Shown here: positions 1-7,830 of the stretch, in pieces
Layout of the letters: each line of letters opens with the position of its first letter
How positions within the stretch are numbered: position 1 is the stretch's first letter
NCBI RefSeq assembly: GCF_006345805.1
Contig: NW_021828217.1
Coordinates: 1-9,004, forward strand
Direction: 5' to 3'
Length of the DNA: 9,004 nucleotides
Source: Octopus sinensis
Lineage: Eukaryota
Notes under the pieces: model-generated
Databases searched by the model: none
Told to the model about the DNA's origin: nothing
The model's input: only the letters and a program-made list of their open reading frames with translations
Program-made: the position numbers and the translations under genes

Positions 1-92
1 TATTGTATGGAAAGTGTTTCTGCGTAGATGTGTGCAGTGCCCAGTAGTGTAATTTTCTGTACGTTATATGTGTTTGTAAGTCCTGGTGTTTT
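1..92 (-). mobile_element. C-terminal remnant of an R4/Dong-like non-LTR retrotransposon ORF (5'-truncated, continues off the left edge)
   Basis: Manual translation of the minus strand from 92 gives KTPGLTNTYNVQKITLLGTAHIYAETLSIQ, then a probable TAA at the edge. The PG..QK..LLGTAHI motif matches the extreme C-terminus of RLE-type (R4/Dong) ORFs. The 5' junction abuts (AAT)n. Confidence 0.75.
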
Positions 93-113
93 ATTATATT
101 ATTATTATTATTA

Positions 114-145
<32 letters not shown>

Positions 146-152
146 TTATTAT
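91..152. repeat. (ATT)n microsatellite, imperfect
   Basis: Direct reading of the sequence. Confidence 0.95.
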
Positions 153-154
153 CA

Positions 155-468
155 GGCGTAGGAGTGGCTGTGTGGTAAGTAGCTTGCTTACTAACCACAT
201 GGTTCCGGGTTCAGTCCCACTGCGTGGCACCTTGGGCAAGTGTCTTCTGCTATAGCCTCGGGCCGACCAAAGACTTGTGAGTGGATTTGGTAGACGGAAA
301 CTGAAAGAAGCCCGTCGTATATATGTATATATATGTGTGTGTGTGTGTGTGTGTTTGTCCCCCCAACATTGTTTGACAACCGATGCTGGTGTGTTTACGT
401 CCCTGTAACTTAGCGGTTCGGCAAAAGAGACCGATAGAATAAGTACTAGGCTTACAAAGAATAAGTCC
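155..468 (+). mobile_element. tRNA-derived SINE, family 1 (CORE-like centre, internal TA/TG microsatellite), 3'-truncated
   Basis: A-box-like tggctgtgtgg (165-175) and B-box-like ggttcagtccc (208-218), then a CORE-like ccttgggcaagtg block. Homologous copies lie at 6330-6737 (-) and 6897-7597 (+). The 27-nt block aaccacatggttccgggttcagtccca is identical at 193-219 and 6935-6961. Confidence 0.9.
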
Positions 469-890
469 GAGGGCACCTATGACAACAGGTATCGTTTTAG
501 TCTTCAGCTTCCACATTTTGCTGATTTCTATTTCAAGATCTTTATATTTGCTCAGTTTTTGGTAGGTCTTGACAGATACGTTTATATCGATTGGGACAGT
601 CATATCAATGAGGAGGCATGATTTTTGTCTGAAGTCCTTCAATATAATGTCCGGCCTATTCGTATCTATCTTTCTGTCTGTTTGAATGGTGAAGTCTCAG
701 AGGAGTGAGATGTGGTCATTTTGCAGCACTGGAGGTGGTTTGTGTTCCCACCAGTTTTTATCATGGGTCAGATCCAGGTTTTTGCAAATTACCCAGTGAA
801 TATATTGTGCAGCTCTATCATGCCTGTTGAGATACTCTGTAGGCACAAGAAGACTGCACTTGGAGGTAACATGATTAATGGTTTCATTTT
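466..890 (-). mobile_element. R4/Dong-clade non-LTR retrotransposon fragment: half zinc knuckle plus restriction-like (PD-D/ExK) endonuclease, pseudogenised
   Basis: One minus-strand frame reads NETINHVTSKCSLLVPTEYLNRHDRAAQYIHWVICKNLDLTHDKNWWEHKPPPVLQNDHISLL*DFTIQTDRKIDTNRPDIILKDFRQKSCLLIDMTVPIDINVSVKTYQKLSKYKDLEIEISKMWKLKTKTIPVVIGALG. It contains ET..H...C (second half of CCHC), RHD, RPDI...D...K..KY and IPVVIGALG. There is an in-frame TGA at 697-699 where WD is expected. The rest of ORF 250..642 is read-through into the SINE. Confidence 0.92.
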
Positions 891-896
891 CATTTC

Positions 897-926
897 ATTA
901 TTTATTATTATATATTATTATTATTA

Positions 927-978
<52 letters not shown>
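897..978. repeat. (ATT)n microsatellite
   Basis: Direct reading of the sequence. Confidence 0.95.
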
Positions 979-1528
979 GAGTGAGAGAGCAGTGCATGCC
1001 ATCAAAGTGACACGGGTAAAATATACGAAGCCCAATATACCCAACATGACTACCCGTCTGATAAAGGTACACTAGGCACATGCATCACAACCATATGTGC
1101 GCGACATGGTGATCTCATATCAAGATAAACAGCACATGACTTTGCAGGTGGGGCCCAGTTAGAATTCTCTTCAGGTCGAGTAACCATCCCACTCGAAAGG
1201 TCCCTGAATAAGGGTTGTTTAGGATGTTGAACGAAACACCCATGTTTCCAGAGGTGAATTATTCAACCCCAAAGAATCCCTCTCAACACATGGCTATGAT
1301 ACTCCCCCACTACTTAGCTCGTGATCAGATATGCACATATCGTCAGCCACTAAGGGACATGGTCAACTGGTTAAGGTCAAACAACTGACAAGCAATCTGT
1401 GGTATTGAGCAGAATATTTACTGTAGCCCATCTTTTATACCAAGACAAAACAATGTACATTATAACACTTCCAATCAGTTAAGATCAGAAGCCATGAGAG
1501 TCACTGCTGCCTGTACTGCATCAGGGCA
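979..1528. mobile_element. 550-bp non-coding interspersed element embedded in (ATT)n; class unassigned
   Basis: Complex sequence of moderate GC with sharp boundaries and pure ATT arrays on both sides. It has no long ORF, no obvious Pol III A/B boxes and no convincing TIR. It resembles a high-copy octopus repeat I recall (unverified). Confidence 0.65.
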
Positions 1529-1544
1529 TTTATTATTATTATTA

Positions 1545-1584
<40 letters not shown>

Positions 1585-1592
1585 TTTATTAT
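1529..1592. repeat. (ATT)n microsatellite
   Basis: Direct reading of the sequence. Confidence 0.95.
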
Positions 1593-1629
1593 TTTTAAAA
1601 AAGACCTCCAGTTGACCGAGACTTTAGAG

Positions 1630-1680
1630 CAGTGGTTCCCAACACTTTTATTTAAATAAGTTTTCATATGGACCCCTTTT
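1630..1680 (+). mobile_element. Left end of a hAT (Charlie-like) DNA transposon; right end not found
   Basis: The terminus cagtggttcccaac (1630-1643) is preceded by the 8-mer ctttagag (1622-1629), which resembles the NTCTAGAN target preference of hAT-Charlie. A subterminal tggacccc follows. Confidence 0.55.
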
Positions 1681-1694
1681 AATATGCACATCCT

Positions 1695-1835
1695 TATGTA
1701 TACATGCATACATACATTATATATATATATTATACATATATATATATATATATACTACATTATATATATATATATATATTATATATATATATATATATAT
1801 AATATATTATAAATATATATTATAATACATAATAT
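1695..1835. repeat. (TA)n-rich low-complexity tract
   Basis: Direct reading of the sequence. Confidence 0.9.
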
Positions 1836-1857
1836 GAAATTTGTAATTTAGTTCCGG

Positions 1858-1937
1858 CGTACTACGCTCTGAGTTCAAATCTCATCAAGGCGCCTCCTAT
1901 CCATTGAAGGTCCATTGAAAGTACCAATACTGTACTG
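1858..1937 (+). mobile_element. Degenerate tRNA-SINE fragment (family 3, possibly Nin-domain type)
   Basis: B-box-like gagttcaaatc (1871-1881) followed by ..ggtc..at..aagtacca. The similarity to a mollusc SINE is recalled from memory, and the copy is heavily diverged. Confidence 0.4.
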
Positions 1938-2054
1938 ATATCAGTTCTCATCTATGATTCCATTTAGGAATTTAGACCCCATAAAATGGCGTTGCTGAGA
2001 GGAAGAAATGGGGCGGACACTCGATGTTTACCATATTTCCAAGTTGTTTCAATA

Positions 2055-2245
2055 TTTGGCAGAAGGCCAACAGGTTTAGGGGAAAGGAGTTTATCGATTG
2101 AGTCGATTCCAATAATTGATCGGTATTTTATGTCATCGATTCGGAGGAATGAAAGGCAAAAACAGGTCTCAGAGTGATTCGAGCCCAAAGCGAAAAACGC
2201 CGAAATGAATGCTGCGACCAAATATTTTTTACCATTTGGATAACG
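2055..2245 (-). mobile_element. Degenerate tRNA-SINE (family 3, possibly Nin-domain type)
   Basis: Plus-strand atgaaaggcaaa (about 2149-2160) and atcga repeats fit the reverse complement of a Nin-like domain. Minus-strand B-box-like gggctcgaatc lies at 2176-2186. Confidence 0.55.
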
Positions 2246-2277
2246 GTGATGGTGTGGTGGTGGTGTGATGATGATGA

Positions 2278-2313
<36 letters not shown>
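2245..2313. repeat. (GGT)/(GAT)n microsatellite
   Basis: Direct reading of the sequence. Confidence 0.95.
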
Positions 2314-2356
2314 ATTCGTCACGTAATCAGTCGCAATCAATACCAACATAGCCCAT

Positions 2357-2473
2357 ACATATGTACATTCATACATACAAACATGCATACTACATGCATA
2401 TATGTATATATATAATGTGTGTGTGTATACATATGTATGTATGTATATATATACATATATATAGTATATATAA

Positions 2474-2523
<50 letters not shown>

Positions 2524-2819
2524 CATATATGTAGTATATATGTAATATATATGTTATATATATTTGTATATTATATAGATATGTACATATATGCATAATA
2601 TACACACACACATATATATATGTATATGTGTATATATATATATATAGTATACACATATACATATACATATATGTAGTATATATATATAATACATATATAT
2701 ATGTATATATATATACATATATGTATGTATATATGTAATATATATGTATATATATTTGTATATAATAGATATGTACATATATGCATACATATATACATAC
2801 ACACATATATGTATATGTA

Positions 2820-2850
<31 letters not shown>

Positions 2851-2902
2851 TGTATACACACATACACATCTTTTTACACACACACACCACACACACACAC
2901 AC

Positions 2903-2951
<49 letters not shown>

Positions 2952-2960
2952 GCACACACA
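2357..2960. repeat. Compound (TA)n/(TATG)n/(CA)n array with an internal ~190-bp imperfect duplication
   Basis: The marker tatttgtata..tagatatgtacatatatgcata occurs at about 2560-2597 and again at about 2751-2787. Confidence 0.9.
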
Positions 2961-3804
2961 ATGAAAAAATAAAACAAAGAGAAATAAATAAAACACAACA
3001 ACAGCAACAGCAACAACATAATCTTATGTGTCCAGAATTTCCTCAGAACTAAAACCAACTTGTTTCAAGATGTTGGACGTGAAATAATAATGAATAAAAG
3101 AATGATTAAATAAATAACGAGATTGTAAAATAAACTAAGGAATTAATTGAGAAGTAATTTAGGGAGCCAAAAAAAGAAATAAAAACATTCCAGAGAATTT
3201 CAGCAAAAAAAAAATAATAAATAAAAATAATAAAAGCGTAGATAAGAAGAAGAAGAAGATGTGAAAAAAGGTTTAAGTTTCCTGTCCTGGGGAACCTATT
3301 AAGCTGGAAGTTTCAATTGCTTGCTTGTTTTCAGAATATCTTCTTATTTTGTCCTTACATATACTCTTTCTTTCATTGATAACCAACACAACAGACGTCC
3401 TGTGTCTTAATTTGTCACTGGAGGTATGTTTGAGTGTGTGTGCGTGCGCGTCTTCGTTATTTGTTTTTGCGATCTACACGGTGAGACATAAAAAAATGGA
3501 AACACATGTGACATAACTTCAGCAACAAGTGTAAAATAAAGCTGTTGATGGCGATCCCTACTACGAATTGAATGTTTTCCCCCATTTTTTTTGTTGAAAC
3601 TAGGACACAAAAACATTCACATCTCACTTCATTAATTTGTCTTTATATATACAAATGCATATATACATACAGAAAAGTTTAGACTATAATGTAAAATGTA
3701 CATATAAATGCACATTTATTCACAGGCAAATATATGAACTCAAGTCGAAAACATACAAATTCACACACACACCCATACATAAGCAGCAATCCATTCCCTA
3801 ACAC

Positions 3805-4025
3805 ATGTACATACATACATATGTATCTGTGTGTGTATTGTGTATTATGTATGTATGTATGATGTATGTATGTATGTATGTATGTATGCATGTAGTTGTA
3901 TCTGTATGTATGTATGTATGTATGTATGTTATGTATGTATGTATGTATGTATGTATGTATGTATATATGTATGTATGATGTCTGTATGTTTGTATGTGTG
4001 TATGTATGTTTGTATTTATGTATAT
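3805..4025. repeat. (TATG)n-dominated microsatellite
   Basis: Direct reading of the sequence. Confidence 0.95.
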
Positions 4026-4134
4026 GACTTTCTAGTTGACGTCCTCATTTTGAATAGAAGAACGTTAATACTGAGTTGGAAACCGGATTTTGACCAGTGA
4101 GAAATTTTAAAACTAAAATCTGTAAATATCTTCG

Positions 4135-4376
4135 TACATACATACATATTAAAAAAAGTATAAATATATACATATATACATACTCACACGGACATACATA
4201 CATACACATATACATATACATACATGCATGCATACACGCATACACATATATACACACAAATACATACATACATACATACATACATACATACATACATACA
4301 TACATACATACATACATACATACATACATACATACTTGCATACATATATGCATACATACATAAATACCATACATAC
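4135..4376. repeat. (TACA)n-dominated microsatellite (reverse complement of TGTA/TATG)
   Basis: Direct reading of the sequence. Confidence 0.95.
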
Positions 4377-4433
4377 ATCTTTGTAGAAACCAGCTCCTTC
4401 CTCAGAGGAAGAATTTAAATTAAAAAAAGAGAA

Positions 4434-4701
4434 CATACAAACATACATACATACATACATACATACACACATACATACATACATACATACACACCTATAT
4501 ACATACATACATACATACATACATACATACATACATACATACATACATACACACCTATATACATACCTATATACATACATACATACCATACATACATACC
4601 ATACTTACATACATACACACATACATATATACATATATACACACCTATATACATACACACACACATACATACATACATACATACATACATACACACACAC
4701 A
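4434..4701. repeat. (TACA)n array with a 60-bp higher-order duplication
   Basis: 4441-4500 and 4501-4560 differ at one base. The marker acacctatat occurs at 4491, 4551 and 4641. Confidence 0.95.
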
Positions 4702-4937
4702 TAACTGCTTTCCTACACAGAAGCCTGACAAGTGGGTGTGAATTTCCCGAGGCCTGACCTCCTCCTCCAACTCAACCCAACTCTTTCTGTGTGTCGTGCG
4801 TTGTGAGGTTCGGTGGTTGTCTTCACCCAGAAGCAATTTAACTTGGAAATCCATTCGCAGAACATCAAATATATCAACTTTATTTACACAACTAGACAAA
4901 CCTCCACCTCACTCCCGCCTGCCTCTCCCTATATATC

Positions 4938-4969
<32 letters not shown>

Positions 4970-5005
4970 TGTATGTATGTATGTATTATGTATGTATGTA
5001 TGTGT
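4938..5005. repeat. (TATG)n microsatellite
   Basis: Direct reading of the sequence. Confidence 0.95.
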
Positions 5006-5327
5006 GAGGGCGCGTGGCTTAGTGGTTAGGGCATTAGGCTCATGATCGTAAGGTTGTGAGTTCGATTCCCGGCGACGCGTTGTGTCCTTGAGCAAGACAC
5101 TTTATTTCACGTTGCTCCAGTCCACTCAGCTGGCAAAAATGAGTTGTACTTGTACTTCAAAGGGTCAGCCTTGTCACTCACTGTGTCACGCTGATTATCT
5201 CCGAGAACTACGTTAAGGGTACACGTGTCTGTGGAATGCTCAGCCATTTGCACGTTAATTTCACGAGCAAGCTGTTCCGTTGATCGTATCAGCTGGGACC
5301 CTCGTCGTCGTAACCGGCGGAGTCTTT
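5006..5327 (+). mobile_element. tRNA-derived SINE, family 2 (CORE-like tgtgtccttgagcaagacac domain), near full length
   Basis: Canonical A box tggcttagtgg (5015-5025) and B box gttcgattcc (5060-5069). The 3' half is homologous to the reverse-strand copy at 8834-9004. (TATG)n flanks it on both sides. Confidence 0.92.
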
Positions 5328-5857
5328 AATGTATGTATGTATGTATGTATGTATGTATGTATGTATGTATGTATGTATGTATGTATGTATGTATGTATGT
5401 ATGTATGCATGTATGTATGTATGTATGTATGTATGTATGTATGTATGTATGTATGTATGCATGCATGCATGTATGTATGTATGTATGTATGTATATATGT
5501 ATGTATGTATGCATGCATGTATGAATGTATGTAAGTATGTATGTATTTATGTATGTATGTAGGTGTGTATGTATGTATGTTTATTTGTGTGTGTGTGTTT
5601 GTGTGTATGTATGTGTGTATGCATGTATGTGTGTATGCAAGTATTTATGTGTGTGTATGTATGTATGTGTGTATGCATGTGTGTGTATGCAAGTATGTAT
5701 ATGTATGTATGCATGTATGTATGTATGTATGTGTACAAGTATGTATGTATGCATGTATATATGTGTGTATGCAAGTATGTATGCATGTGTGTATGTGTGT
5801 GTATGTGTGTGTTTATGTATGTATGTATGTATGTATGTATGCACGTATGCAAGTATG

Positions 5858-5889
<32 letters not shown>

Positions 5890-5930
5890 TGTATGTATGT
5901 ATGTATGTATGTATGTATGTGTGTATGTAT
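5328..5930. repeat. (TATG)n/(TG)n compound array with a recurring gtgtatgcaagtat variant unit
   Basis: Direct reading; tatgcaagtat recurs at about 5635, 5687, 5767 and 5846. Confidence 0.95.
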
Positions 5931-5984
5931 TGCTATTTTGTGTGAAATGTAATTTAATGTAAACATCACATATGTTTTGAGCTG

Positions 5985-5998
5985 TCGCTAGAGGGCGC
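5985..5998 (+). promoter_or_regulatory. CTCF-like binding motif
   Basis: tcgctagagggcgc(tg) matches the CTCF core CCRCYAGRGGGCGC at 13 of 14 positions. It lies in non-repetitive sequence. This is a motif match only, with no binding data. Confidence 0.5.
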
Positions 5999-6150
5999 TG
6001 AATTGTACTTCATTCCCAAAGGAACGTTGTCAGACCAAATTTTGGTGAAGCTTTTGTAGCTCTCAACTAATGGAACGGTTCCATTATTGTTGAATAAGAA
6101 CTGGGAAGGGAAAAACTCCTTAATTTGTTACGATTAAGCATTAAGTCATT

Positions 6151-6329
6151 TGTTGTTGTTGTTTAGGCCAAGGGCGGTCATGCTGGAGCAGATCTATGAT
6201 CAAAGATGTTTCAAATTTGATAAAGTCTTGTTTTTCAGGCATAGTCTATCTAGGAATACACCATCGAATGTACTTTGTTTTTTTTTTGTATGACAGTTGG
6301 GTGTGAGTTCAGGAAGATTTGTTGTTTTT
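6151..6329 (-). mobile_element. 3' portion of an older retroposon with an (AAC)n tail, apparently continuing at 6736-6890 after a nested SINE
   Basis: (TTG)n at 6151-6163, followed by complex sequence resembling a recalled octopus repeat. tgttgtt occurs on both sides of the intervening SINE (6320-6326 and 6736-6742). Confidence 0.4.
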
Positions 6330-6737
6330 GTATCGTTATAGTTTTCTTGTTTCTATCGTTATACGGTGGTCACGCTGGAGCACCGCTTTTAGGATCTTTT
6401 AGTCGTATGAACCGACCCCAGCACTTATTTGTTTTTCTTTTTTAAGCTGGTACTTATTCTAATCGGACTCTTTTGGTGGACCGCTAAGTCATGGGGATGT
6501 ATGTACACCAAACCGGATGTCAAGCGGAGGTGGTGGACAAACACAAACACACACACATTCACCTACACACATACACACACACAAACAAACACATATACGT
6601 CAGGCTTCATTCAGTTTCCGTTTACTAAATTCACTCAAGGCTATAGTAGATGATACTTGCCCAAGGTGTCACATAGTGGGACTGAACTCGGGACCATGTG
6701 ATCGGGAAGCAAAATTCTTACCAAAGAGCCACGCATG
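6330..6737 (-). mobile_element. tRNA-derived SINE, family 1, including its 3' tail
   Basis: Reverse complement of the 155-468 and 6897-7597 copies, e.g. cttgcccaaggtg, gtgggactgaac, cagtttccgt, ccgctaagt and ctggagcaccgc. It has an internal (CA)n tract and a short internal deletion. Confidence 0.9.
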
Positions 6738-6896
6738 TTGTTATTTTTAGCAAGTTGTGTGACCGTATACAGGTTCCTTGTATGACTTGAGATTAATTTT
6801 TGTAAGAGTGGGGTGAGTGGATCGAGTCCATCTCAGATAATAATCAAGTTGTTAGTAGTTCCTCTATCTTGGAAGGATGAATAGAGATCAAGTATA

Positions 6897-7066
6897 GGCA
6901 CAGGCGGGGCTGTTGGGTAAGAAGCTTGCTTCCCAACCACATGGTTCCGGGTTCAGTCCCATTGCACGGGACCTTGGGTAAGTGTTTTGTACTATAGCAT
7001 CGGGCTGACCAAAGCCTTGTGAGTGGATTTGGCTGACAGAAACTGAAAGAAGCCTGTCATATATAT

Positions 7067-7107
<41 letters not shown>

Positions 7108-7597
7108 GCTGCTTTTAAATAAAGCATATATATATATGCTGCTTTTAAATAAATACATATACTCTACCTCTAGTATTGAGTACTCTTCTTTCCACCTTGT
7201 ATATATATATATATATAATATATATATATAGATATATATATATACATATATTAAAAAGACCCACCTTTTATCAATTCAATAATGAAAAATTATATATCTA
7301 TATATATATATGGTGTGTGTGTGTGTGTGTGTGTGTGCGTGCGTGTGTGTGTGTGTGTGCGTGTGTGTGTGTGCGTGTGTGTGCGTGTGTGTGTATGTGT
7401 GTGTGTTTGTATGTGATTGTGTCTGTGTTTTTTCCCTACCACTGCTAGGCAACCTTATTGGTGTGTTTACATCTCTGTAACTTAGCGGTTCCGTGAAAGA
7501 GACCGATAGAAAATGTACCAGGCTTAAAAAAAGAAATTAAGAACTCTTCAAGGCGGTGCCCCAATATGGCCACAGTCTAATGATTGAAAGAAGTATA
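6897..7597 (+). mobile_element. tRNA-derived SINE, family 1, with a greatly expanded internal region
   Basis: The head (6897-7058) has B box ggttcagtccc at 6950-6960. The 3' part (about 7405-7597) contains gtgtgtttac, gtaacttagcggttc, aagagaccgataga and aggcggtg, matching the other copies. TA/TG tracts occupy 7059-7405. Confidence 0.88.
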
Positions 7598-7811
7598 ATG
7601 TACATACTGACGGATTTTCCCTCTGGAATATCACAATTCATTAACGTTAGTATCTGATCAAGTCGAAGTCAATTCTGATGGAGTCGAGGTTATCAATTTT
7701 ACAAAAAGTAGCGATTGAGGATTGTCTGACCCTCATAACACAAAGACTTGCTTTAGGACATCGCTGCAACAAATCTTACAGAAAAAACCTATTCTTTTAG
7801 ACATAGTTCAC

Positions 7812-7830
7812 TTAACCCATTAACTGCCAA
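7812..7830 (+). mobile_element. Possible piggyBac-like left terminus (TTAA + CCC...)
   Basis: ttaa|cccattaactgcc, followed by AT-rich sequence. No matching right TIR was found in the window. Confidence 0.3.

Noticed and set aside
250-642. 130-aa ORF as an intact gene
   Set aside because: It is a chimera. Only the first ~59 aa are R4-type endonuclease, preceded by an in-frame stop; the rest is antisense SINE sequence.
988-1508. agcagtg/cactgct as TIRs of the 550-bp element
   Set aside because: Only 7 bp and placed asymmetrically relative to the ends, which is compatible with chance.
4377-4433. Short island as a micro-exon (KPAPSSEEEF or EGAGFYKD)
   Set aside because: It is too short to distinguish from chance, and the splice signals are partly supplied by the flanking microsatellite.
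4702-4937. GC-richer island as a coding exon
   Set aside because: All three frames after the ctacacag acceptor hit a stop within 12 codons. I recognised no peptide on either strand and no convincing donor.
5008-5082. Possible genuine tRNA gene (A/B boxes, ctcatga loop)
   Set aside because: The anticodon and acceptor stems pair poorly and there is no T-run terminator. It continues directly into a SINE body that is repeated at 8834-9004.
3805-5930. CRISPR-like repeat/spacer array
   Set aside because: The 'repeats' are variable-length microsatellites with irregular spacers in a eukaryotic context, and there are no cas genes.
2128-5969. Many long ORFs (YIYI, MYVC, HTYI repeats)
   Set aside because: They are translations of stop-free TA, TATG and TACA microsatellite frames and show no protein-like complexity.
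7600-7800. Unique stretch with ~35-50-aa open frames
   Set aside because: No recognisable motif, no consistent acceptor/donor pair, and lengths expected by chance.
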